Origin: Hypanus sabinus
Taxonomy: Eukaryota
Direction: 5' to 3'
Assembly (NCBI RefSeq): GCF_030144855.1
Contig: NC_082731.1
Location: 27,838,001-27,902,000 of the forward strand
DNA: 64,000 nt
The notes below the pieces were generated by a model. That model saw only the letters and a program-made list of their open reading frames with translations, ran no database searches and was not told where the DNA came from. The translations under genes were made by a program, and so were the position numbers. Positions 39,800-51,041 of the stretch are shown here, one piece after another (within the stretch, counting starts at the first letter, position 1; the number at the start of each line of letters is the position of its first letter).

Positions 39800-40190
39800 C
39801 ACGGTGAAGCTGAACTTGTCCGTAACTGTCCATCATATTGAGCTCCTGTCCTGGTACTTCATTGTGAAATCCTTGAATTTCCTCATGTTTGCCAGAAGTC
39901 TTTCTTGTGTTGAACTTTTTCACATGTGGTGTTCCTTGCATCCTGCACTCCAATGTGAGATTCAACTACCTTTTGAGTTCCTGTTTTCCTCATCACCCTG
40001 TGATGTGTTGAAAGGTGTGCTGAATTTATCCACTTTTTCTTGCTGGATAAGCACAGTGTCCCCAACTTTTACAGTAGATTCCTGTGCTCCTCTGCAGTCG
40101 TCTGCATACAGCTTGCACTTTCCTTTCCATTCTGCATCCCAATCTCCAACTTCCAGTTCTGCTGTCTATACCTCCTTGATGTCTGGTAAC
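39800..40190 (-). mobile_element. Gypsy integrase C-terminal remnant
   Basis: Reverse complement reads KGKCKLYADDCRGAQESTVKVGDTVLIQQEKVDKFSTPFN...RVMRKTGTQKVVES...ARNTT. Confidence 0.55.
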
Positions 40191-42110
40191 CTATCTTTGG
40201 ATCACTCTACTAATCACAGGTCTCCAGTTAGAGAGGTAACCATCTGCTGTCAATCTCTGGCTTCTCTCACAAAGCCAAAGTCTAATCCAATTTACTATCT
40301 TATCTTGAATGCCAAGCGACTGACCTTTCCTGTTCCTGACCATCCTCCCATGCCATGCAGACGTAGATGTAGATACATGCAGTCCATGTAGATAACATCC
40401 ATATCTTCCCTGCATCAAATTTCCTGGTAACTTTCTCAAAAACCTCTATAAGAATGGTGAGACATGACCTACCATGCACAAAGCTATGTTGACTATACTT
40501 AATCAGGCCATGTCTATCCACATAATCAGATATCCGGTCCCTTAGAATACCTTCCAATAACTTTCACACTATAGATGTCAGGCTCACTGACCTATAAATT
40601 CCTGGTTTAATTTTTCAGTCTTATTTAAAGAGTGGAACAACAACAACTATCCTACAATCAGCTGGGCTCTCAGCTGCCACTAAAGAAGTTTTAAATATCA
40701 TTGCTAGGGCCCCTGCAATTTTTGCATTTCCTCCCACAAATTACACCCTAACTTGCCTTAAGACAGCAAACACCTCCTCCTCTGTAATGTCTATAGGGAC
40801 CATGTCCACACTGTTGTTTTGCCTTACTTCAATAGACTGTCCATCTCTCAAGTAAATACAGATACAAAATATCAATTTAAGATCTTCTCATCCCTTTTGT
40901 ATCCACACATAGATTTCCATACTGATCTTCTTGGGAATCAGTTTTGTCCTTTGCAATCATTGTGTTCTCAACATATCTGTAGAATCCGTTACAATTCTCC
41001 TCCACTTTGTCTGCTAGGGCAAACTCGTTCATTCTTTTAACCATTCTTATTTCTTTCTCAGGTGTATTCTTGCATTTCTTATACTCCATAAGTACCTCAT
41101 TTGTTCCTACCTGCCTATACCTGCTGAGCACCTCCTTTTTCTTCATAACCAGGGCCTCAATATCTCCTGAAGACCAAGGGTCCCTAAACCTGTCCTCCTT
41201 GCCTTTTATTCTGACAGGCAGATAGCAGCTTTGTACTCTCAAAATTTCACTTCTGAAGGCCTCATACTTACCAAGTACACCATTGCCAGAATAGAGTCTG
41301 CCCCAATCCACACTTGCCAGATCCTTTCTGATACTATCAAAATTGGCCTTTCTCCAGTTTAGAATCTGAACCTGTGAACCAGGTCTACCTTTTTCCATAT
41401 TTACTGTGAAACTAATTGCATTATGATCAGTAGATGCAAAGTGTTCCCATACACAGTCTTCTGTCACCAGCTTTGTCTCATTCCCTAATAAAGAGATCAA
41501 GTATTGCACGCACGCTTGTTGGGATTTCTGTGTACTGATTAAGGAAACTTTCCTGAATACATTTGACAAACACCATCCCTTTTGTAATATGGGAGTCCAA
41601 GTCAATATGTGGAAAGTTGAAATCACCTACTATCACAGCATTATGTTTCTTGCGATACTCTGTGAGCTCCCGACAATTTGTACCTCTAAATCCTGCAGAG
41701 TCTTGGGTGGTCTATAATATAGCTCCATTAATGTGGTCACAGCTTTTTTATTTCTCATTTCCACCCATAAAGCCTCACTAGATGAGTTCTCCAGTCTTTC
41801 ATGACTGAGCACTGCTGTGACATTTTTCCTGACTGGTAACGCCACCACTCCACCTTTAATCCCTCCACACTGATGCATCTAAAACTACGGACGTGAAATA
41901 CTGAGGCTGCCAGACCTGCCTCTCCTGAAACCAAGTCTCACTAATGTCTACAATGTCATTATTGCATGTGTTGATCTCTGCCCTGAGCTTATCTGCCTTT
42001 CCTACAATACTTCTTGCATTGAAATATACATACTCAACATCTGCCTCCTCCTCAGCCTCGCTACTGTCACTATGGCTCCCACTCCCTACAATTCTAGTTT
42101 AACCCCCTAC
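40190..42110 (-). mobile_element. CR1 fragment (endonuclease through RT start)
   Basis: MELYYRPP (41633-41878), STDHNAISF...LNWRKANFDSIRKDLASVDW (40877-41626), SQHSFVHGRSCLTILIEVFE (40300-40557). Confidence 0.85.
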
Positions 42111-42580
42111 CCCACCCTCACCGTGCAGCACAAGCAAACCTTCCCACTAGGGTATTAGCCCCCTTCAGTACAGAGGCAAACCGTCTGCCCTGACAGACAG
42201 ATGTTTCACAGCGCCATTGCAACAGAACAGGTCCCAACAATTATACGTTTCATTTAGTTAGAGTCACACATGCACCAGACGAGGAGCAGCAAAGTTAGCG
42301 AGGGCAAGGAGCCCGCACACAGTGATCCACCATCTTTGCCTCAGATATAACGTCTGGTCAGTGGTTTGCATTCTCACATCTGTCAGATGGCCGTAGGTTC
42401 CAATGTCCCTGACCATTAGTTCACAGCTAATCACTGGGATACCCAATGTTGGAAGGGTTTAGGCACCATAGATACAAAGACACCTATTTCTCCCCGAGTG
42501 TGCATCACCTTCCCACCTCATGTCGAAAGTTCACCATTTCCCATCTCCAAAAATCACAACTGAAACATATTCACATCACA

Positions 42581-42586
42581 TTTATT
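42581..42586 (-). promoter_or_regulatory. Polyadenylation signal AATAAA of the C6-tailpiece transcript
   Basis: Plus-strand tttatt about 270 nt downstream of the tailpiece stop at 42854. Confidence 0.65.
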
Positions 42587-42853
42587 GAACTTGGATCAGT
42601 ATATTGACACAAAGACTGAATACATTGTGCAGACCCATACAGGGTGGAAATCCATTCAAATGTGGCAGAGAACCTACGCAGTAACTGAGAGATTTGTGAT
42701 GAATCATGGTTGTAGTTTAATTTGGTTATTGACCTTAATTTCATTCTTTATTATATTAAAAAGTCCAGATAGTAATAATCTTTTAATCAGCTAAATAATG
42801 CTTTGTGATCATTAATAATCATCAAGCTAACAAAACCAGGATTTCATGTGGTA

Positions 42854-43211
42854 TTACACACAAGATTTAAAACTATCAGTCAGAACAAGTGAGACATTGA
42901 CCAGGGTGGGTTTGCTGTGAGATTTATTGATGCTTCGGAACAGGTTGGTTGTGAGCGACTCATGACCCACCACACAGGAGAAAGTGGTGCCGCTCTTCCA
43001 CTCCTCAGGAGAAACCTTCAGCTGACTGGTCATTGTGTTCCAGCCTTTTCTGGGGTCCGTGGTCACCGGCTGGTTCACAAACCCTGTCTTCAGAAGGGTG
43101 TCATTGGCCATCTGCGGGAGAGAACTTGGTGACCAGACATAGTCTGATTGGTGTCAACCTCATCCGATGAAGGTGGGAGGAGGTAGACCTGAGGACAAGT
43201 CACAACACCAC
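42854..43211 (-). pseudogene. IgW: IgW terminal C exon (C6) with contiguous secretory tailpiece; two frameshifting deletions
   Basis: CPQVYLLPPSSDEVDTNQT / CLVTKFSPAD / ANDTLLKTG...EEWKSGTTFSCVVGHESLTTNLFRSINKSHSKPTLVNVSLVLTDSFKSCV*. NVS sequon and penultimate Cys are present; the A-T-L-M and I-Y-V-x-W segments expected from homologues are missing. Confidence 0.92.
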
Positions 43212-43861
43212 CTGGAACAGAGAGAATCTCAGTAGAATGAATCTTCCAATAATTCCCTCCTTACCCAACACATTCCTGTCTTGTACCAACATGAACAATT
43301 TCTAAATCTGAAAGACTTCACTTTATCTGAAACTAAAGGCTTTTCACTTTCTGCTCATCATTGGGATTTGTGGAGTGGAAATCTTGAACCTGCTGCATTT
43401 TACAGCTTCTAGTGAGGTTAGTCCATTCAGTTCAATCAATGTGTGTCGCTGAACACAGCAACTCGACAGAAAGTGGAACTCAGCCCCTGGACTTGCATCA
43501 TCCTGTGCTGTTTGTTCCATCTCCCCTGGAGCAGGGGTGGCAGTCTCAGCTGTGTACGTGTAGAGGGAGTGAGAACCTGTGGAACTCTCTCCCACAGAAA
43601 GCACTTGAAGAATTATCATGTAATATATTCAAGAAAGGGTTGTATATACTTCATGTGAATGGGTCTAAGGACATCTGGAGAAAGCAGGAACAGGGATTGA
43701 GTTTGGATGATCAGCTGAGACCAGACTGAATGGTTCAGCAGATCAAGGGACCCAGTGACCTGCTGCTGTTCTCATTTTCTATCGTCTATCACAGTGCTGG
43801 ATGGTGATAAATCTGTCCAATTGGTGAGATCAGACCCACACTGAATTCTGTCCACACGTAC

Positions 43862-44177
43862 CTGTGTCCTTCCTGATGGATTTCTTCACTGGTGTTGGCA
43901 AACTCTCGTCCTCGATCACACACGAGTACTCAGCCCCACTGATCCACTCTGCAGCAGGGACTGTTAGTCTGCTGGTGATCACTTCTTCACCTCCGTCGCT
44001 GTGTGGACCCACAGTCCTCACCCCATCTTCCCTCTTCCTTCCATCCACCTGCCAGGTTACACTGAATCCCTGTAAATCACTGTGAACCACCTCACACAGA
44101 ATGGTCGCTGTTCATCCAGATCTCTTTGAAGGAATATATGCTTAAAGTGACTGAGGGGCGGGTATCTGAACAGTCAT
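43862..44177 (-). pseudogene. IgW: IgW C5 exon, frameshifted
   Basis: 316 nt (not a multiple of 3): DDCSDTRPSVTLSIYSFKEIWM / TATILCEVVHSDLQGFSVTWQVDG...EWISGAEYSCVIEDESLPTPVKKSIRKDT; AG/GT intact. Confidence 0.92.
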
Positions 44178-45494
44178 CTGGGAGAAACATCACAATCTCT
44201 TGTCAATTATTTTCCAGTCCCATCAAGGTAGATGAGACCTATCTACATTGGTGAAGAAAGCAATCTCACCTATTGAGCAGACAGGGTGAACACCCTGAAT
44301 GAACATAAATGAATAAGACTGACCCTTACATTACTTTTGCATTTTCATCGTCACTTAAACTGTTAACAGCCACGTTGAAACAAATACAGAAAATACCAAG
44401 CCTTTCAAAGTGTGTCTGTGGAGCAGAAAACAGAGCCAAGTCTAACTTGAAAATATTCCAGAAAATACACATCATATTTCAATATTTAAATATCAGAAAT
44501 ATTTAGTTTTTGTCACAATTATTAAAATGCACTTTTTTCTCTATTAGGTGTAACTAACATTTGCTGCAGCTTTGTCAGAATGTTGTGTGTTCAAGCCACC
44601 CTCCAGAGGCTTCTACACATTGTCCAGGCTGACTGTTCCCACACAGGAGCAGAGGGAGAGCTGCTCTGCTGGAAATTCAGTCACAATTGAATCACTAATC
44701 AAGGCTGGGATTATGTTCAAAGGCAGAGGGAAAGAGCATTTTGAAGAAATCTCCAGAGTGCCTGCACAGTGAAATGGTCTGGATTCTTTTCAAGTTATCA
44801 ACATATTTTCTGAAATAGAATCATTTCTGTGGTGAAGCTTCTGGATTATGTTGGTTGAGAGCAGAAACCAAATGGATGATTGGCCGATTTGAGTGCCATA
44901 CTAGATTAGAAAGATTGAGGCAAGAAGAGCCAAATTGAAGGCTGAGCCGATGATTGGCCGATTTAAGTACCAATCTAGATTAAAAGGATTAAGGCGTTGA
45001 GGCTGAAGGTGAAGTAGGAACACTGAATGAGGCTTTACTCACCTCAGTACTGAACTGACTCTGCAGCCATCGGCACTCACCTCAGCACTGAGCCTGGCTC
45101 CGTGGCCGTGGCCTGTAGCCATCGGTCTCCTGGACCGGTTGCAGTGCTGAACTGGTGACGTGGCTGTGGATTTACTTCAGGGGACTCTGCAGTTCAGGTT
45201 CTGTGGATTGTTTGTTTGAATTTTTTTATGGTTTACACAATTAGGTCTTTTTTCACACATTGGATGTTTGACCCTGAATTATATTGTGTTTCTTTGTTTT
45301 GTGACTGCCTGCAAGAAGAGAATCTCAAGGTTGTATATGGTGCACATACTTTGATAATAAATATACTTTGTACTTTGAACTTTATCAGTTCACTCACAGA
45401 ACTAAACCGGGACTGCAAGGTGATTTAGTGTTGACCTTGAATTTATAGCACAATCTAAACAATTTCGATAATGAGGTGAGTCCCAGGACCCTAC

Positions 45495-45812
45495 CTTGGA
45501 TGTTCTTCACTTGCTTCTTGATACTGCTGTTGGAGGGTGGATGATTCACTGTACAGCTGAAGACTGATACTGTCTTCCACTCCTGTAAACTCACGGTCAG
45601 GAAGTGTCTGGTGCTGAAAGTCCACCCCTGCTCCAGAGCAGTCGGTGTAGTGCTGGTGTTGGAGGTGATCACAGAGCTGCCTTTCTCCCAGGTAACATTT
45701 ATTTGATCCGGGTAGAATCCAGAGATCACACACTCCAGTGTGGCTGTTTTCCTTTTCTTGGTCTCTTCCTGAGGTAGAGGCAGCAGACTGACCTTGGGAT
45801 TTTTTATCTTGA
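45495..45812 (-). CDS. IgW: IgW C4 exon, open
   Basis: 318 nt, phase 1-1: VKIKNPKVSLLPLPQEETKKRKTATLECVISGFYPDQINVTWEKG...PTALEQGWTFSTRHFLTVSLQEWKTVSVFSCTVNHPPSNSSIKKQVKNIQ. Confidence 0.92.
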
Positions 45813-45901
45813 CTGTAATAGACAAGAAAACAAAGGAAATGTCAAACAGTTTTTTCTCAGGTATCGAATGCTGGCCATTTAATCACTTGTCTCTTACCCA
45901 C

Positions 45902-46204
45902 CTTTGGTACTATTGGTCCTTGCTGACACGCAGGAAGATCAAGGAGATTCCTGAGCAGAGCACTCGTACTCCACCCCACTGAACCACTCCTCCACACTGA
46001 TCTGGAGTTCGCTGAGCACTCTGTATCGGGACACGTCCCTCTCAGCGTGATGGGTGTGAATTCCTTTAGTTTTCTCCTTCCCGCTCATGTACCAAGAGAT
46101 GTGGATATCTTTGGGATCTGTACAGAGAACCGTGCACTTCACGGTAGCAGTCTTGTCGATCCACATCTCTTCATTGTTGGGATTTTGAATAAAGACGGAC
46201 AATT
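45902..46204 (-). pseudogene. IgW: IgW C3 exon with in-frame TGA at 45939-45941
   Basis: 303 nt, phase 1-1: ELSVFIQNPNNEEMWIDKTATVKCTVLCTDPKDIHISW...EEWFSGVEYECSAQESP*SSCVSARTNSTK. Confidence 0.92.
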
Positions 46205-49200
46205 CTGTGGATTAAAAATGGAAATCTTCAGAATATTCCTGGAGATATTTCCATTGGTTGTGTTAGGTCAAGACAGAATATCAGTACATGACAGCTGCAG
46301 TTAATGCATACAGAATAACAGGAACATTCAGGGCTGAATCATGTATGCATATTCATGTAAGATTTGATAGAGAAAAGAAAATCAGAACAAGTGATCTGAT
46401 AACTAAGTTTAGATTCCCTTTCTAATAACTGTACCAGTTGGTTCACTGTGAGATGGAGCTCTCTGAGACAGAGAAGCATGCAGATTTCTCAGCAGAGACA
46501 CTGTCAGTATATTCTTTGCTTGGAGACTCAGTGCCATTGATCAGTAACAATGAACACTGTGAATCAATGAGAATCCCTTTCTCCATCTGGGCTGAGCCTG
46601 GGATTCACTCAGTTTAATAACTTCACATCCCGACATTCCAGTCTTACTGTGGCTGTGCCTCTCCCCATCTCTGCAACCTTCACCACCCACACAAACTTCA
46701 GAAAACATTGTATTCTTTCAACTCTGCTCTCTCGTACTCCTGCACTACTTCTGCTGGTGTCTGTGGTTTTTGCATTCTTGCTGAGAAACACTGAAGCCTC
46801 TGTCTGTCTTGAAATGAGCAGCCACGGTCAGAGTGTATCCATAAATTGCTGGACTGATGAACTGGCAAAATGGATTCAAATCTCAACCAGGGGAATGAGA
46901 GTTTAAATTCAATTCATAAATGCTTTCTGGAATAAAAAAAGAAGACTACAGAGGTATTTGTGATGTTATTCGCTGTGGTTACTTCTGGAAAGAAATCATC
47001 TGGTCTACCTGGTATGTGATTCCAGACCTACAGTAATATGGCTGAACCTTAACCACCATCAAGGATGAGGCAGCAAGTCCCTCAGTTCAAGCGTGATCAG
47101 TGATTGATAGGAAATGATAAATGAATAAAACAGCTCTTTGATCATGTTTTGGTCACCACTCCTCTGGGTTAGTGCCAGTTTTGTGTGATTGCACTCAAGT
47201 GAAGTTGTTGAGGTCATCTCCCAATGCACTGTTTTCCAGAAAGAACTACAGTCTGGATCAGTGAATTTGGTTGAATCAGGGACAGTGGAATCAAACAGAC
47301 CTATTGGCTTTATTCTTGCCATGTGGTTGAAGGTAGGGAGGCTTCCACTTTATCAAGAGACACTGTGACTTCCATTTTGTGAGATGAAGTTGCTTGGCAT
47401 GATCAGTGTTTTGAAGTAGACAAAATGATGTTCCAGCTAACCTGCTGGATGAGGGATCATTTCCAAATAAGAAGATATATGTGAGATGTTCTTTGGTTGG
47501 GCATAACATGCAGATTTGTGACTTTTGGGGTCTGTCTCTGCCCTGCCTGATCAGGCTGGTTGCTGATTGTGACCGCAGAGCCATAGATTACCAGTTGTCA
47601 TTTCTTGATCGGAGCCAGAAGTAGTTGTCAGAGGTCACTCTGGTGACTATAGCCAATGACACTGGAATGTAACATTTGAATTGGCAAGGAATGAATTTAA
47701 AAGTAGATGCTTCAAGTGTGCTGGCCGCAATGGCTCTGTAGGAGATTCACCATTGCGGATATGAGGTGCCTCATGGAATTGCAGATTTTAAACGGGACTA
47801 CGAGGAACATTTGGCAGCAGTAAAGTCTCCTTTTTAACTGGTATAATCTTTCTAATATTTGACTGTTCATGGAAGGTCAGGAAATCTCAGCAGGTGTGCA
47901 CTCTGGTATTGGTTGTGTAAGTTCACGTTCTTATATTGAGACAATGAAGGTACTTTTCAGTAAATAGAGATTCTCTCTGTGCCTCCCTGATCATTATTAC
48001 AAGGGGTGATATTTGTAACATCATTATCATCAGTTCTCTTACATTGCAGCTCTCTGCACTTTGTGTACACCATTTGTTCACTTGGTCACCTTCAGGCACG
48101 GGGGTGGGGTTTGCTCTTTGACATTTAGTGTGGAGGCTGATTGTGTTTGTGTCACGGTTGAGTCCTTCAGTGAGACTGTAAGTCAGTGCCTTGTCTGAAG
48201 GAAGAGCAGATGTGACACACACTGTTCCAGTCTGACTGCGATGGATCATCTTATAAAGTATGATGTTTATTTCTCTGCATTTCTCATTTCAGCAAGATTA
48301 TGAGCAATTTTCTTTTAACACAGAAAGTCTGTGGGAGTACACTGGATGATCATTGTTGTCGTGTAATATCACAAATATGCAAACCTAGGTGTACACTGAA
48401 GGGTCACTAAATTGTGAATCTCAGTTTAATCAGCACTGTGATGTTGTTAAACATGTTTTCTGCTGTTTTCTCAGTTAGGTCCCATATCAGCCTGGTCTTG
48501 ATGTTCAGCAGTCCCTGGGAAATGTGATCGCCTCATAAAACCTGACAGAGTCAGGATATCTCCCCGTATTGCTGAATGCTGGTGTTATTCTACAAGAAGC
48601 ATATAAATCTGTCAATGCTTGGGTAATTCTAACAAAACATTCTCCTTTTTGACATTCCTTGGGATCACTGGGTTTCCCTCTTGGACTGACTTCAGTGTCC
48701 GGCAAGTGGATCAATGTAACTTTAGCAATTTGTCTGATTTAGGCACCAAACATATCAGATTGGACAGGAGACTGGTTAGACCCCTGTGCCTTGTTTCATC
48801 AATTTGACTTGTGCCCAACATTATCAAAGGGTAATCCATCCTTTGACTGAGTCAATTTGGAATTTCTGCCTCGTTCACCTTCATCACCTCGTGCCTCACA
48901 GCCACTGGGTGAAAAACAGGTTCCAGTTCTTGCTGACTGGAGTCAGACAGGAGGGAATCTGGCCAAGGAAACTGGAATTGGGATCTGAGTCACACTGAAG
49001 CAACAATCTACACAAATGAATGAGTGTATGGACAACCAGAAACACAAGAGATTCTACAGATGCTGGAGATCTTGAACAACACTCACAAAATGCTGGAGGG
49101 CCTCAGCATGCCAGGCAGCACCTTTGCAGGGGAATAAACAGTTAAACTTTCAGGCCAAGAGATGTCACTGGTGCTGGAAAGGAAGTGGGCAGAGGCCAGA

Positions 49201-50685
49201 ATAAGGGTTGGGTGGAGTCGAGAGGAACCTGTACATGGAGCTTCGAATAATAGAGGGGTAATAATAAGTGGCAGAACCAAAAGGAATCGGATTGTACAGT
49301 GGACTATGGAGGAAAATGTAGGAGGAGAGGAATCAAATGGAGATAATGGGCAGGTGAGGAGAAGTGAAGGGATGAGGGGATTAAAAAAGAAGGAATAAAG
49401 GAGCAGGGAATTGGGAGAGATTACTGGGTTGCAGAAATCAGTACTCATGACATCAGATTGGCAGATATCTGGATGGAATATGAGGTGTTACTGCTCCAAC
49501 CTGACTTTGGCCTCATCATGGCAGTAGAGGAGGTCATGGACAGACATTTCAGAATGGGAATGGGAAGTCAAATAGAAATAGGTGGCCACAAGGATAATAG
49601 AAAGTCAAATTGAAATGTAGAGGGGTGAGATAGTCAGTTTGAATTGCATGTTGTCTTCTCTCTCTGTTAAACCCATCAGAATGGATACCAGAGACAGGTC
49701 TGGAATGCAGTAAATGGATTGTAATAAAATTCAATGACAAATTGTATACACAGCCAATCACTTTATTTCACAGTTTCCTTCTGAACAATGATACTGTCGG
49801 GTTGAACCATCTGAGAATGTTGCATTGAAATTACTCATGAAAAAAGCATTGGCACAGACTTCAAAAATCAGCAGGGACATTTTCCACCTGGAAATAGAAG
49901 ATTCATAGATTTAAGCTTGGAAAAAAGGGAGCCCCACATATTCCCCCTCTCTATCCTCTGTATGTCATATCCTATCGGGATGAGGTTGTGTCAGCCATGA
50001 TAAATGCATGTGCTCTCTGAACCTGGTTGAGGATCTGAGGACACAAGGTCACATAATTCACTCAAGAATTGGGCATCAATTCAAAAATAATCCAAGCACC
50101 TACATTTTAGTGAGTGGACAATCAGCAGGAGATTCTCTCAGGAAACATTGGAAACATACCCTGGAGACTGAAGCAAATACAAAATTACAAAGATATTATT
50201 TGAAGAACTAACCCTGATGAGAGAGGGAAAACAGGACAGGGAGATCTTCTCCAGATGGTAAATCATGGGATGTGAGCTTTGCTCACAAACTTATTTTCAT
50301 TATAACTACAAACAGAGACAACAAAAATTATTTTGGACAGAAGGGACAGGTGACCTAATCTTACACCTTTCCTGCCCAGGAGATGGGGTTGAAGTTGCTG
50401 GTGATACAAGTTGATTCAAAGTGTAAATATCATCTGTATATCACTCAACAACATTGCCAGTAGGGACAGGAATTGTGTGGGAGTTTCAGTTATGTAATCT
50501 AGTTCTGTTAGTAAATCTATTATTCTTCAGACATCACTCTCCCACTTAATACGTCACGCTGACCTCGCTATAAAACGGGAAGGTGCGTTTTGGTCCATTC
50601 CTGCCAGGCACTGTCAGGTAAGTGATTGTTTCAAATCCACCAACAGATCTCTGAGTGGAAGGGAGAATGGTGACTTCTTGGGCAG

Positions 50686-51037
50686 ATCCATTGTGGAAGA
50701 GATGTGGATTGACAAGACCTCTATTGTGAAGTGTACAGTCATCTGTACTGATCCAGAAGATATCCACATCTCTTGGCATGTGGGTGGGAAGGAGAAAACT
50801 AAAGGACCTGTCACCCATTAACTAGAGAGGGACGGCTCCCGATACAAAGTGCTCAGTGAACTCCAGATCAGTGTGGAGGAGTGCTTCAATGGGGTGGAGT
50901 TCAATTGCATGGCTCAGAAATCTCCTTCAACTTCCCAAATGTCAGCACTGACCAATTGTTCCAAAGTTGGGAAAGAGACTAGCGATTAAATAGACAGCAT
51001 TAGCTACCTGTGTCAAAATGTTTGACATTTCCATTGT
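50686..51037 (+). pseudogene. Inverted 5'-truncated C3 pseudo-exon plus following intron (unit 1)
   Basis: SIVEEMWIDKTSIVKCTVICTDPEDIHISWHVGGKEKTKGPVTH*LERDGSRYKVLSELQISVEECFNGVEFNC...; donor GT changed to TT; intron sequence matches the reverse complement of about 45825-45901. Confidence 0.9.
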
Positions 51038-51041
51038 CATG

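Noticed and set aside
44613-44761. Open phase-1 segment between C4 and C5 (GTLEISSKCSF...CSCVGTVSLDNV*) as another secretory exon
   Set aside because: Weak pyrimidine tract, no terminal Cys motif, no evident similarity to the 37625 exon, and no clear polyA signal.
42854-46204. Assignment of the C exons to IgNAR or IgM
   Set aside because: The tailpiece KPTLVNVSLVLTDSFKSCV, the TM sequence VAAFAILF..SFLYSTFVTVVK and the missing internal donor fit recalled IgW better; IgM has only four C domains of different sequence. IgNAR is not fully excluded without a tree.
46555-46615. CACTGTG followed by FSIWAEPG (J-like) in each unit
   Set aside because: No nonamer at 12 or 23 nt; lacks WGxG and a downstream splice donor.
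46765-46795. GGTTTTTGC-spacer-CACTGAA, resembling a J-type RSS (also in unit 2)
   Set aside because: Spacer is 15 nt, the heptamer is non-canonical, and no WGxG J segment follows.
46649-46906. Plus-strand ORF with a hydrophobic stretch and GQSVSINC, suggestive of leader plus V domain
   Set aside because: No Trp or second Cys at V-domain spacing; the frame is not conserved in units 2 and 3.
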